IMG/VR virus record: IMGVR_UViG_3300044724_008054
Span: 1,129-65,128 of that record
Strand: one strand, 5' to 3'
Source: a virus
Taxonomy: Duplodnaviria; Caudoviricetes
Length of the DNA: 64,000 nucleotides
Both the position numbers and the translations under genes were made by a program. Of the stretch, positions 28,788 through 38,228 are shown piece by piece (position 1 is the first letter of the stretch; each line of letters begins with the position of its first letter). The notes under the pieces are model-generated. The model had not been told where the DNA came from. It did no database searches and saw nothing but the letters and a program-made list of their open reading frames with translations.

Positions 28788-29659
28788 AGGTCCTTTATCT
28801 TCTTCAAGTCCGCGGCACTCAATTGTGGAATCAGCACGTGTATCTTAACGTACAGGTTCCCACGTATGCCTATTGTCTTGTGTACGGGCATTCCCTGTCC
28901 TTTGACCTGTAGTATGGTGTTGGGTTGTGTGCCCGCAGGTACTTTTACTTTAATTATTTTGTCTTCCAGTGTCCGGAGATTGAATTCATATCCACGCACT
29001 GCTTGGAAGCAGTCTATGGTCTTGTCTGTGTATAGGTCATTGCCTTTCCTTGTGTAGCCGTCTGAGTCAAGTACACTCATCACTACCATCAGATCACCAC
29101 GTGGTAGGTTCTTTATAGAATCATCACCCATGCCTGAGTACTTGAATGTGACACCGTGTTGCACACCCGCTGGAATGTTCACTGTTGCGAACTCCTCCCT
29201 GCCACTTGGCAGTTTGTAGTTGATAGTCTTCTCACTCTTGGTCATGGCTTCCTTGATGCTGATTGCCATCCTGACTTGTACGTTCCTGTTGCCCCTAGTC
29301 TGTGTCCTGTTCTGCCTGAAGATCCTCTCACCGCCTGGTCCTCTGGTGAAGTTGAAACTGGTGTTGAAGTCCATGTCTCCACCCTGGAAACCCGAGAAGA
29401 AGTCACCGAATATGTCCTCGTTGAAGAACGGATGCTGTCCGCCTCCGGTGTTGGCGTTGCCAAACTTACGCATGGTGTCGTAGTCGTGCCTCTTCTGTGA
29501 GTTCTTCAGTGTGTCGTGTGCCTCGTTTATCTCCTGGAACTTGTCCTTGTCACCGCCCCTGTCTGGGTGGTGTTGCTTGGCCAGGTCCTTGAATGCCTTC
29601 GTGATGTCCGCACTGGTGCACTGTTCATTCACACCTAGCACGTCATAATAATTCTTCAT
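28784..29659 (-). CDS. dnaJ: DnaJ/CbpA-type co-chaperone (no zinc finger)
   Basis: J-domain with HPD, G/F-rich linker, C-terminal GDL/GNL repeats. Confidence 0.9.
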   Translation of the reverse strand: MKNYYDVLGVNEQCTSADITKAFKDLAKQHHPDRGGDKDKFQEINEAHDTLKNSQKRHDYDTMRKFGNANTGGGQHPFFNEDIFGDFFSGFQGGDMDFNTSFNFTRGPGGERIFRQNRTQTRGNRNVQVRMAISIKEAMTKSEKTINYKLPSGREEFATVNIPAGVQHGVTFKYSGMGDDSIKNLPRGDLMVVMSVLDSDGYTRKGNDLYTDKTIDCFQAVRGYEFNLRTLEDKIIKVKVPAGTQPNTILQVKGQGMPVHKTIGIRGNLYVKIHVLIPQLSAADLKKIKDL

Positions 29660-29666
29660 TACTAAT

Positions 29667-29694
29667 ATTTTATACTAGATATGGCGTTTGTCAA
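29667..29694 (-). promoter_or_regulatory. sigma70 promoter, probably leaderless
   Basis: TTGACA-16 nt-TAAAAT, 7 nt before ATG 29659. Confidence 0.65.
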
Positions 29695-29704
29695 CGCCTG
29701 GTGG

Positions 29705-30022
29705 TTATTTGCTTGATTTTGCTCTTGAACCTGTGTACAGACCAAACCATGCCGCACCCGCACCAACCACGATACTTACCAAACCTGATTGTTCCATTGT
29801 AGGAGCCGCTAAATCCATATACCATATAACAACTTTGTACAATAAAAAGATATAAGTTGTTATGAATATTCTTGGAAATATTCTCCAACTGTCAATTGCT
29901 TTTGCTAGATCAATCAATCCTTGATATCTATTTTTGCTACTGTCATTTAGGTTTGTATCTACTTCTAGTTCGATATTGATTTTTTTCTTTGGGATCAATT
30001 TGTCTTCGTTAAGTGTTGCCAT
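29705..30022 (-). CDS. two-TM membrane protein
   Basis: WRIFPRIFI...GLVSIVVGAGAAWFGLY hydrophobic segments. Confidence 0.65.
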   Translation of the reverse strand: MATLNEDKLIPKKKINIELEVDTNLNDSSKNRYQGLIDLAKAIDSWRIFPRIFITTYIFLLYKVVIWYMDLAAPTMEQSGLVSIVVGAGAAWFGLYTGSRAKSSK

Positions 30023-30612
30023 TATTTAATTCCTGGTATTTTAGCGTCTCTTTTTCTATGACCATTCCATGCAACAAAGCCGCCCAATCTCAATGACCAG
30101 TATGCTAGATAGTTCATGGTGTAGAAACCGTTCACAATAATATTAATATCTCTGAAGATCTCGTCCGCCCTCTTCTGTGTTAGATCGCCCATTGTTTTCT
30201 TTTTGTTGACTTGTAGAAGTGTTTTGTACTTGTATGCGTAGTCGTGTACAAGTCCGCCGATCAATAAAACTCCCACAGGTGAGAAGAAAGTTCTTAGGAA
30301 CTTTGGAATGCTCGCACCATCAAACGTGAATCCTGCCGGTATAACATATTCTGTTCCATCAATGTTATACTTCCAGTCTTTTGTGATCTCCCAATTACGT
30401 GTTGACAGCAACCACATAGCGATTCCTTTCCAGAAACCTTTACCTTTTGTTTTAATAGGTAGTGGCTTCAACTCAGGAAAGCCTTTGAAGTTGAATTTAA
30501 GATTTGGTTTTTTTCTTTTGTCTGCGAAGTTGATAATCGCTCCAATAATTACAACGGCTATTAGAATTGTCCATTGCCAAAATTTCATTGCTAATGCTAA
30601 AATAAGTTCCAT
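30022..30612 (-). CDS. DUF1353-like protein with N-terminal TM
   Basis: IPAGFTFDGASIP, LVHDYAY, RADEIF. Confidence 0.7.
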   Translation of the reverse strand: MELILALAMKFWQWTILIAVVIIGAIINFADKRKKPNLKFNFKGFPELKPLPIKTKGKGFWKGIAMWLLSTRNWEITKDWKYNIDGTEYVIPAGFTFDGASIPKFLRTFFSPVGVLLIGGLVHDYAYKYKTLLQVNKKKTMGDLTQKRADEIFRDINIIVNGFYTMNYLAYWSLRLGGFVAWNGHRKRDAKIPGIK

Positions 30613-30643
30613 GTTTTTTTCCTCTAATTAATAATATACGTAT

Positions 30644-31078
30644 TTATTCTATCGCACCTTTGACAACACCCTCGGCCACTAGTTTTTTCCGGTTTTTCAT
30701 GTGTTGTTTCTGTGTGTCTGCTTTAGATCCACCAAAGTATGCCACAGCATGGCCTTCCTTGCACATGATCTGTGATACCTGTTTGCCGTCTATTATGAAG
30801 TCTCCAAGCACCCTTCCGAACTTGCCCTTCATGTCCTCGCCTTTCTTGCTGATGGTTGTCTGCAATACCGGTTTTGGTCCAAGCAGTGATTTCAGTTTGG
30901 CTTTTGCGGCCAATCCAAATTTCTTTTCAATCTTGTCCCTTGTCCTTGATTCTGGTGTGTCTATGCCCATGATCCTCACACGTTCATTCATCTGCCATAT
31001 GCCAAAGCCCAGGTCGATGTCCACGTCCACAGTGTCTCCGTCCACCACTCTTCTCAATTTACATCTGTAGGTCCACAT
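30644..31078 (-). CDS. staphylococcal nuclease (thermonuclease)-like protein
   Basis: RVVDGDTVDV, RIMGIDTPE, KFGRVLG. Confidence 0.85.
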   Translation of the reverse strand: MWTYRCKLRRVVDGDTVDVDIDLGFGIWQMNERVRIMGIDTPESRTRDKIEKKFGLAAKAKLKSLLGPKPVLQTTISKKGEDMKGKFGRVLGDFIIDGKQVSQIMCKEGHAVAYFGGSKADTQKQHMKNRKKLVAEGVVKGAIE

Positions 31079-31533
31079 TATTCCGTCTCCTTTGGTTCGT
31101 AGTATTTCTTGTATTCTTCCAGGAGGTTGTTGGTCTCTTGCAGTTTCTGTCTGATCTGTGCGAAGTTCCTAGCAAGTACTTGGTAGTCCTTGTCTGTCAA
31201 TCCAAAAAGCACAGGATCTATGCCTGCCGCTTCTAGTTTAGCAAACACTTCGTCTGCGTTCTCACTTGTAATGATAATCCATTTAAGTTCTTCCAACTGT
31301 AATGCTGTCGGCATTGGATAATCAAGTTTCTCTCTAGGTTGTTCGATTTGGAAAAGTTTGATTTTCTTTTCTCCGCCTATGCTACAACCTGTCAGTGCTA
31401 ATATCAAAAGCACTAGAATCACACCCTTAAAGAAACTTACCCAGTATGTTCCATAGTGAGACATCTTCATTGCCTGTCTCCATTTCTCGCACCACGCCTT
31501 ATGCCAATTGATGATCTTATTCATAGTGTACAT
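31078..31533 (-). CDS. lipoprotein, o-spanin-like
   Basis: Lipobox LTGC at about residue 50; adjacent to an i-spanin-like gene and a peptidase. Confidence 0.5.
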   Translation of the reverse strand: MYTMNKIINWHKAWCEKWRQAMKMSHYGTYWVSFFKGVILVLLILALTGCSIGGEKKIKLFQIEQPREKLDYPMPTALQLEELKWIIITSENADEVFAKLEAAGIDPVLFGLTDKDYQVLARNFAQIRQKLQETNNLLEEYKKYYEPKETE

Positions 31534-31990
31534 AGTTCGGATTTGCCAAACTAGGGCATTCCGGATTTATCTCTGATTTTAAAGTTGCTTTTAATTCTGC
31601 TTCTGTGTGTTCGGCACCCGATGCCAATTCAACACATCTTGCCGCATTGGCTGAACCTTTGTTGATTATTCTCTCAATGGCCTCGGTTCTGTCTATGGCC
31701 AGTTTGCCGATGTCTCTGTTTTTCTTTGTGAAACGTTTGTCGAGGTCTTGTAAATCTTTCTTGAAGGTGTTGATCAACACATTAAGTTTTTTATTACTTT
31801 CTAGTATTGCTGTGAAGTCTTCTTTTTGTTGTTCCAAAACTTTTGTTTGTTCGGCAACAGCAGTTTCAAGTTTGATTTGATTTGCTTTGAGTGTGGCGTT
31901 GTCGCTTCTCAATTTCATCACATACATACCCGCACCGGCTATACCCGCGATGAGTATTATCGTTATTACCATTTTAATTTGTCCGAACAT
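31517..31990 (-). CDS. N-anchored coiled-coil membrane protein, i-spanin-like
   Basis: One N-terminal TM, long coiled coil, two C-terminal Cys. Confidence 0.5.
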   Translation of the reverse strand: MFGQIKMVITIILIAGIAGAGMYVMKLRSDNATLKANQIKLETAVAEQTKVLEQQKEDFTAILESNKKLNVLINTFKKDLQDLDKRFTKKNRDIGKLAIDRTEAIERIINKGSANAARCVELASGAEHTEAELKATLKSEINPECPSLANPNYVHYE

Positions 31991-32001
31991 TATGTACGTA
32001 T

Positions 32002-32463
32002 TTATTGGATGAGATCAGTCTTGTAAACAGTTTTTCCATTCTCTTTCATTGCTGTAAGAACGTGTTTCCTGTTCCCTTCTGATTTGTACGACACATGAAC
32101 CCAACCTGAATCAGGTATGCCCGGTGTGTAGAATTCCAATATCAATTGGTCGAAGTCACAGTTTTGTTTGATCCAGTTTGCCACGTCGTAGTTGGGAGTG
32201 CCTGGACATTCAATATCAACTGCTTCGCCTTTGCAGTGTTGTGATTTGGTTGATCCGCCAACCGCTTCGTTCAGTGCCGGACCTCTGTATCCTGAATTGA
32301 TCACTGTGACGCCAAAGTTCTCTCTGACTTTTTGCACAACGTTCTCAAATAATTTTTTAGCACTTGCTAGGTGTTGTTCGTTCGGAGTGTTGTCTAGGCC
32401 TTGCCTTAAGGCTGTCTGACTTTTAGTAAATTCCTGTAGTGTGAAGTTCGCACTCAATCTCAT
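32002..32463 (-). CDS. peptidase M15 (endolysin-like)
   Basis: NSGYR, SQHCKGEAVDI, WVHVS; start MRLSANF 5 nt after ATAAATA. Confidence 0.8.
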   Translation of the reverse strand: MRLSANFTLQEFTKSQTALRQGLDNTPNEQHLASAKKLFENVVQKVRENFGVTVINSGYRGPALNEAVGGSTKSQHCKGEAVDIECPGTPNYDVANWIKQNCDFDQLILEFYTPGIPDSGWVHVSYKSEGNRKHVLTAMKENGKTVYKTDLIQ

Positions 32464-32497
32464 GCAATTATTTATCAATATATGCGTATATTATTTT

Positions 32498-33238
32498 TTA
32501 CCAGCCGGTCTTGCTCATCAGTGTCGAATGACCATCTTTGCTGAATATGAATCTGTTTTCTGTGGTTTTTGTGATGTTGTAAGGACCGAAGTACTTGGTC
32601 AGGAACATGCACTCGCTCATGGCCGTTTCGTCTAATTTGAATGCTTTGATTTCGTTCATGATCAGTTTCGTCTCACCAAATGCGTGAAGCTCGAACTTCA
32701 ACTCATCTGCATTCTGTTTCTTTATCGTGACCATGTTGTTGTCCAGTTTGAATTCCATCATCTGGAATCTGTCAAAGAAGTCTTTCACTTCGCCTAGTCT
32801 GAGTGCATTTATTTTTTGGTTGTATGCTTCTGGTGTCCTTGGTAGAACATCTGCTAGATTTTTCGCACTTGCTTCAAACGGATTTGTTCTCTTGTGATAC
32901 GTGAATTCAAACTTTTCTATGTTGGTAAGTTTTTTCAAATCATCTAGAAATTTTCTTATAGATTGATCTACATTTTCTTTTCTTGCAAACTCTATGAATA
33001 CCCTGTGTTTGCCGTCTTCCAGTGTGCCTGGTGTGGCATCTGCATCCAACACATCTTTGTATCCAGCCTCTGCAAAACGTTCCAGGTCCTTCGCAGGCGC
33101 CTGTCCATCTACACTGAATGCTAGGACCATGATGTTCTTGTCATCGCCCATCTTGGATTTGAATCGATCGACGGAAAATCTGTTTGAGACCACTCCCTCC
33201 AGGTCTCCGGCTTTTAAACCTTCATTAACTAATATCAT
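32498..33238 (-). CDS. hypothetical protein
   Basis: 246 aa ORF. Confidence 0.7.
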   Translation of the reverse strand: MILVNEGLKAGDLEGVVSNRFSVDRFKSKMGDDKNIMVLAFSVDGQAPAKDLERFAEAGYKDVLDADATPGTLEDGKHRVFIEFARKENVDQSIRKFLDDLKKLTNIEKFEFTYHKRTNPFEASAKNLADVLPRTPEAYNQKINALRLGEVKDFFDRFQMMEFKLDNNMVTIKKQNADELKFELHAFGETKLIMNEIKAFKLDETAMSECMFLTKYFGPYNITKTTENRFIFSKDGHSTLMSKTGW

Positions 33239-33704
33239 TTAAACCTAAGTCTCCTATGGTTTCAACCGGTGCGTCACCTCTTTCAATCTCGTCTTTGCCG
33301 TGTTTGAAATTGCCAATCAATTCTTTTGGCATTCTTATCTCCACCACCCATATGTCATGTGCGTCGATTCTACCTTTTGTAGTTCCTGGTCTGTAGTCAG
33401 CCGGTGTTTTGATCTTTCTTGGCTTCATCAGTTCGTCTTTTTTATACGAAACTTTACAGCCTTTGTCTAAAAGTCTTTTCCCACCTGCTGGATCAGGCAT
33501 CTTGTCTGCTGGCCACATGAATGAACAAGTGACAAAATGTCTTGAATCTTCAGGACCTGTCAACAGTTCACCGTCTTCCCAATTGGCAAAAACATACACA
33601 TCTAATTCGTCTACCACACGTTCAAAATCCTTTAAAATGGACAGAGTAGGTCCTACTGCGTATAGTGTTTGTACGTTTTTGATTATGTCTAATACATCAT
33701 GCAT
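33225..33704 (-). CDS. hypothetical protein
   Basis: 159 aa; ATAAATA 9 nt upstream. Confidence 0.7.
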   Translation of the reverse strand: MHDVLDIIKNVQTLYAVGPTLSILKDFERVVDELDVYVFANWEDGELLTGPEDSRHFVTCSFMWPADKMPDPAGGKRLLDKGCKVSYKKDELMKPRKIKTPADYRPGTTKGRIDAHDIWVVEIRMPKELIGNFKHGKDEIERGDAPVETIGDLGLNDIS

Positions 33705-33842
33705 AGTAATTCTTATTTATCCTTAATAACTGTGTTGTAAAATATGCATAGTTTATCTGGTATTTTGATAGTAAGTATTTGTATATGAGTCATATACAAA
33801 GACACATTAAATCACAATCAAACACAACCTACGAGGAACTTT

Positions 33843-34067
33843 ATGCTATATCAGAGCCTACAACTGCGACCTTTATTTCAACGGAAATTATGGAAACAAA
33901 TGAGGAAAAAGAGAGTGTACGACAAGAGAACCAAGTTGTACATGATGAATCAAGATTGGCTGAAGATTAGAAAACAGAAAGATAGACGTAGGCGTAGAGT
34001 GTTGAATAGATTATGGCGAGCCAATCGTTTGGCCATGCTCAAACGTATGTACAATCAGATTATTTGA
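33843..34067 (+). CDS. highly basic small protein
   Basis: SD GAGG at 33833-33836; 25 Lys/Arg in 74 aa; fills a gap between minus-strand genes. Confidence 0.55.
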   Translation: MLYQSLQLRPLFQRKLWKQMRKKRVYDKRTKLYMMNQDWLKIRKQKDRRRRRVLNRLWRANRLAMLKRMYNQII

Positions 34068-34335
34068 TAAAGGTGTCCATCGCTTCAGCGTACCACTGTC
34101 GGTAGTGCTGTTCGATTTTTTCATAGGGGATTTCGTCCCTCTGGGCAACTGGTATCCCAGGCAACTCGTTCTTCATGACCTCTTTGTTGACGAGGTCCAG
34201 TATCACTGTGTATTCCCGTGCTTTGCCAGAACCGATCTTTTTCTTTGAAAGCTCAACGAACTCGTCAAACTTCTTGTCTGGCTTGATTATGTATTTCACA
34301 CAGAAATATCTTTTTTTGTTATGCTTACTGCCCAA
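34060..34335 (-). CDS. hypothetical protein
   Basis: 91 aa ORF. Confidence 0.6.
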   Translation of the reverse strand: MGSKHNKKRYFCVKYIIKPDKKFDEFVELSKKKIGSGKAREYTVILDLVNKEVMKNELPGIPVAQRDEIPYEKIEQHYRQWYAEAMDTFIK

Positions 34336-34888
34336 CTGGTTCTCCTTCGAATGACATCCAGTATCTGTCTGTTATACCGGCGTTGCAACCTGAGTGCATG
34401 GACGAACCATGCCATTCAAATGCTGTGCCTTTTGGCAAGTTGTATGCCACCCTTTCCCTGTCTAGGAAGAAAGCGTGTCCGAGATGATTTGTCACACACA
34501 CCCATACTCTCTTTACTTTCTTAATTTCTTTACCTGGATTTGCTTTTTGTTTGAAACCGTTGTATCTGTCTACATGCGGATGAGAAAAATTCCCTGGTCT
34601 CATTCCGTTTATTTTGACCACTGCGTTCGAGTGTTCAATACCGAATTTGTCAAAATATTTTTTTGGAATACATTCTTTTACTTCTGGAAAGTCTTTGCTA
34701 TGCCATTGTAGTATTTCTGTTTTTTGTGCATACATCTTTGTACTCTTGTCCTCGGTCTTGTTACGATCGGTCGGGAAGAAGAATGCTTCCTCAACGTAAA
34801 ACTCTTTGGGTTTCACATTTTTTGTGATATTATTGATTTTATTCCAGTCGAGCTCTAATACTGTTGTTTCCACATCTTTTAATGACAT
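34325..34888 (-). CDS. Fe(II)/2-oxoglutarate oxygenase-like (cupin) protein
   Basis: HPHVD...HSGCN...RYW facial-triad pattern. Confidence 0.6.
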   Translation of the reverse strand: MSLKDVETTVLELDWNKINNITKNVKPKEFYVEEAFFFPTDRNKTEDKSTKMYAQKTEILQWHSKDFPEVKECIPKKYFDKFGIEHSNAVVKINGMRPGNFSHPHVDRYNGFKQKANPGKEIKKVKRVWVCVTNHLGHAFFLDRERVAYNLPKGTAFEWHGSSMHSGCNAGITDRYWMSFEGEPVGQ

Positions 34889-34903
34889 ATCGATATTTAT
34901 TTG

Positions 34904-35827
34904 TTAGGCAGATAGCCTTGCAAGTTTTATCATCACACTGGCTAGGTTTATCTCAGGATCGGCCACGAACGAATGATCAACCAATCCCTGTTTGATTATG
35001 AGAACTGCTTTGTCTTGTGCGTCCTCATCTTTGCTTATGATCTCCAAGTTGTCGTACAGCCATCTGTATATCTCCTCGCACTCCTCTGGTCTCGCTTGGG
35101 CACAAACAAGTTTCCTTGCTTCTTGTATCTTGCCCTGTTTGAACAGGTCTACCATCTGCAGTCTATAATCCTGTTGTCCAGAATCTCCTGACTGTGGTGG
35201 CATCAGTTTGCCATCCCTACAATTCTGTTGTATCATGTTGATGCATTTTCTAAGGTCAGGGTATGATGCTTTCACATAAGTGTCTAGCACTTCTATGTCT
35301 GGCTCCATCTTCTCCGCAATCAATATCTCCGCTGTCCTTGCCGTGAATTCATTTTTGTCAATAGTCTCCATGTGGAAGCCTTGACATCTGCTGTGTAGTG
35401 CCGGGATGACCCTGTTGGGATAGTTGCAAGTCAATATGAATCTTGCTGATGTGTGATACATCTCCATCACACCACGCAACGCCGCTTGTCCATTTGGACT
35501 CATATAATCTGCCTCATCCAGCAACACATATTTGTAATCACCAAATGGCATGATTTGTACGAAGTTGTTAATCTTCTCTCGTACTGTGTCCACTGAATTT
35601 TCTCTTGAAGCATTTATTTCTAGTATGTCATAACTGCTTACTTCTAGTTCTTGGAACAGTACTTTTGCCAGTGTGGTCTTGCCCACCCCTGGAGCACCAC
35701 TCAATAACAAATGCGGAATCGCTTTGTCATTGATCCATGTCTGTATCTGTTGACGTTGTGCTTCATCTCTGACCACATACTCTTTTAGAGTCTTAGGTCT
35801 GTATTTCTCTACCCAGAGTTCTTTCAT
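34904..35827 (-). CDS. clamp loader AAA+ subunit (RFC small subunit / gp44-like)
   Basis: WVEKYRP, GAPGVGKT, EINAS, LLDEAD, SRC. Confidence 0.92.
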   Translation of the reverse strand: MKELWVEKYRPKTLKEYVVRDEAQRQQIQTWINDKAIPHLLLSGAPGVGKTTLAKVLFQELEVSSYDILEINASRENSVDTVREKINNFVQIMPFGDYKYVLLDEADYMSPNGQAALRGVMEMYHTSARFILTCNYPNRVIPALHSRCQGFHMETIDKNEFTARTAEILIAEKMEPDIEVLDTYVKASYPDLRKCINMIQQNCRDGKLMPPQSGDSGQQDYRLQMVDLFKQGKIQEARKLVCAQARPEECEEIYRWLYDNLEIISKDEDAQDKAVLIIKQGLVDHSFVADPEINLASVMIKLARLSA

Positions 35828-36066
35828 TATTCGTATCCTTTAACTTTTTTATAAAGTCTGTGCAAGACGTAAAACCAAACACCATTTATAATGGGTTCAA
35901 TCAGTGCAACTGCACCTGCCTCCCACAAACTTGCACCGGTCATCAAACTCACGACAGTCATTGCAATCACAATGTGTCCTAGTGTGTACGTTACTGCCAA
36001 TCCAACACTTGATCCTGCTACAAGTTTCTTTAATGCACCTTGTATGCCATGTGTAAACTCTGTCAT
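35827..36066 (-). CDS. small membrane protein (DUF2061-like)
   Basis: YTLGHIVIA...EPIINGVWFYVLHR. Confidence 0.55.
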   Translation of the reverse strand: MTEFTHGIQGALKKLVAGSSVGLAVTYTLGHIVIAMTVVSLMTGASLWEAGAVALIEPIINGVWFYVLHRLYKKVKGYE

Positions 36067-36281
36067 TTACGTCTCTCCATCAGTATCTGTTTTGGTGTCT
36101 TGCTACCTGGATGTAGTTTTGATAGTCTACAACTCAGTAGTTTTTTGGCACCCTTGCTTGTTATTATAACAGGTTGTCCATTTTCATCCAACTCTATTTT
36201 TTTGATCTTTGTAGAAACATTCCTGAACCTGCCCACTTCTATGAGGTCACCAACCTTCACAACAAGTTTGAACTCTTTCAT
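36063..36281 (-). CDS. hypothetical SH3/KOW-like small protein
   Basis: VKVGDLIEVGRF; ATGA couplings. Confidence 0.55.
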   Translation of the reverse strand: MKEFKLVVKVGDLIEVGRFRNVSTKIKKIELDENGQPVIITSKGAKKLLSCRLSKLHPGSKTPKQILMERRK

Positions 36282-36442
36282 CTACGTAACCACTTCCTTG
36301 CCGCTTCGATTGGATTTTTCAACCCATCATATGTTGAATCGATAAACTTAATATGTTTGTAAAGGCTTTGTGCGAGTTTGTCAACAGTGTTCTGAAGTTT
36401 ATCAATTTTCTTGTTTAATTCTTCAAGTTCTTTTTTTGTCAT
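36278..36442 (-). CDS. small coiled-coil protein (54 aa)
   Basis: Not in track; MTKKELEELNKKIDKLQNTVDKLAQ...; ATGA overlaps at both ends. Confidence 0.6.
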   Translation of the reverse strand: MTKKELEELNKKIDKLQNTVDKLAQSLYKHIKFIDSTYDGLKNPIEAARKWLRR

Positions 36443-36657
36443 TTAACACTTCTTTTATGCGTTTCAAAATTGTTTACAAATACTCTAATAAGTCTCGATA
36501 CATCGACTGTTTCTTCTCTTAATGTTTTTGGGTTTTTAAAAACCACTCTGCTTGAATTAACTTTCAATACTTTTTCACCTTTGTCGTCCACAACAACTGC
36601 GTCGTGAGTATTTTTACGCCAATCATGTGAACTATATCCTAATACATCTTCTGCCAT
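36439..36657 (-). CDS. hypothetical protein
   Basis: SD AGGAG; promoter TAGACA-17-TATAAT at 36682-36710. Confidence 0.65.
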   Translation of the reverse strand: MAEDVLGYSSHDWRKNTHDAVVVDDKGEKVLKVNSSRVVFKNPKTLREETVDVSRLIRVFVNNFETHKRSVK

Positions 36658-36682
36658 TTGTATCTCCTGTTAGTGCTATTGA

Positions 36683-37723
36683 TTATACAATATTTTCCAA
36701 ATACTGTCTATATAATTGTTCTGAAGCCATGTTTTTACCTTTGGCCTCAACCTGGATGTCGAAGTTTTCGGAGAACGATAGTGCCCAGTCATTTACCTTC
36801 TTGTTTGGTAATAGGTCTGAGTGTGCTCGTAGTTTCTGTTTCTTACATCCTCTTGCCAATAGGTCCTTGATGTCATGCATCTCTGTGTGTGTCTTATCTC
36901 CCAATCCTGCAACTGCAAGATGTTCGTCCCTGGAATATGAGTAGTGCATACTGGGCCTCACACCACGCCAACTGTCTATCACACGTTTTACTCTGTCATC
37001 TGTTGCTTCGATGTACTCCTCATCTCTGATCCAGTGATGGTGTATGTCCAGAACAAGGGCTAGGTGCTTTTCCAGTTCAAGGCTTTTCTCAAGTCCATGT
37101 CCCATCTCGTCATTCTCGATTGTGATAAGGTTCCTTGCTTCTGGTGATAGTCTAGGAAGTGCCTTTATTATTCCTTCTGGTCCTTGCTTGCCTGAGATGT
37201 GTACATTGATCTTGCAACCATCCTGGAAGCTCTTGCCAAATCCCATCCAACGTGCCATGTCCGCATGGTATTCAAATTCCTCTATGCTACGTTCCACTAT
37301 GTCGGGTGTTGCACTTGACAGCACACAGAATTGTCCCGGGTGAAAACTAATTTTCACATCTAACTTCCTTGCCATCTCACCAACGGGTGCGAATAAATTT
37401 TGTAAATGATCTTGTATTTCAGGCTGTTGCCACCATGTCTTCCAGTCCTTCTCTGTGTAGCCCTGTAGCATCTCTGATCCTAGTCTCACCATCCTACGTT
37501 CAGGCGGCAGTGTGCCCACACGTTCTATCATCCTACGTGCCGCTGTGGTGTTGTGTGTCATGATATCCCACTGTCGTTGTACCGCTTCGTCTTTGTGTTC
37601 TCTTAACCAACGCATGGTTGTTGATCTGCCGTTGAGTTCTCTGTCCTTGGCATTCACTTTCATGCCGCCAAATTCAGATGTGTCATTAAGCCATTTACAG
37701 CAGAAACCGAAACGTTGTACCAT
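36683..37723 (-). CDS. uvsE: UV damage endonuclease
   Basis: SFHPGQF, INVHISG, IENDE, VLDIHHH, MHYS, HSD, EAKGK motifs; promoter TAGACA-16-TATAAT at 37730-37757. Confidence 0.88.
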   Translation of the reverse strand: MVQRFGFCCKWLNDTSEFGGMKVNAKDRELNGRSTTMRWLREHKDEAVQRQWDIMTHNTTAARRMIERVGTLPPERRMVRLGSEMLQGYTEKDWKTWWQQPEIQDHLQNLFAPVGEMARKLDVKISFHPGQFCVLSSATPDIVERSIEEFEYHADMARWMGFGKSFQDGCKINVHISGKQGPEGIIKALPRLSPEARNLITIENDEMGHGLEKSLELEKHLALVLDIHHHWIRDEEYIEATDDRVKRVIDSWRGVRPSMHYSYSRDEHLAVAGLGDKTHTEMHDIKDLLARGCKKQKLRAHSDLLPNKKVNDWALSFSENFDIQVEAKGKNMASEQLYRQYLENIV

Positions 37724-37754
37724 GCTTATATTATAACAGATATTTTTTATATGT

Positions 37755-38228
37755 CTACTCTTCTAACAGTGTTTGCATCATGGCCCAATGTCCTATGATG
37801 TTGCTACAATCCAGTTTGAAGCCGAACTCCCTGTCAATGTCTCGCAAGATCTTGTTGGCCTTGGCCATGCTCAAACCTGCGTTGGCTGGTAATTGCAACG
37901 CATTTATTGTTTTTCTTTTGAGTGCTGTTGCGGCCTGTACTCTGTGCCAACCGTCTGTCAGCAGATAGTAGCCTGAATCTTTGATTGGTGTCACAAGTAT
38001 TGGATCCCACACACCCTCTTTCTTCAGTTTGTTGATCCATGTTCTCTTCTCTTTGTTCAGAGGACGAACTGCACCCAGTCCCATCTCTGCCATGGTCACT
38101 AGTTTGCTTATTTCTACTTTGATTTTTTTAATTTTAATTTTATTCACAATGTATTGTAAAATATTTTTGTAATTAAAGCAAAGGTTAAATATTATTATGT
38201 CAGCACAAAAATATGGTATTTTACCCAA
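37755..38228 (-). CDS. ParB/Srx-like domain protein
   Basis: DPILV...LLTDGWHRVQA; real start probably downstream of the track start. Confidence 0.65.
   Translation of the reverse strand: MGKIPYFCADIIIFNLCFNYKNILQYIVNKIKIKKIKVEISKLVTMAEMGLGAVRPLNKEKRTWINKLKKEGVWDPILVTPIKDSGYYLLTDGWHRVQAATALKRKTINALQLPANAGLSMAKANKILRDIDREFGFKLDCSNIIGHWAMMQTLLEE

Noticed and set aside
33779-33970. 63-aa plus-strand ORF
   Set aside because: Overlaps the better-supported 33843-34067 ORF, which has an SD; no SD of its own
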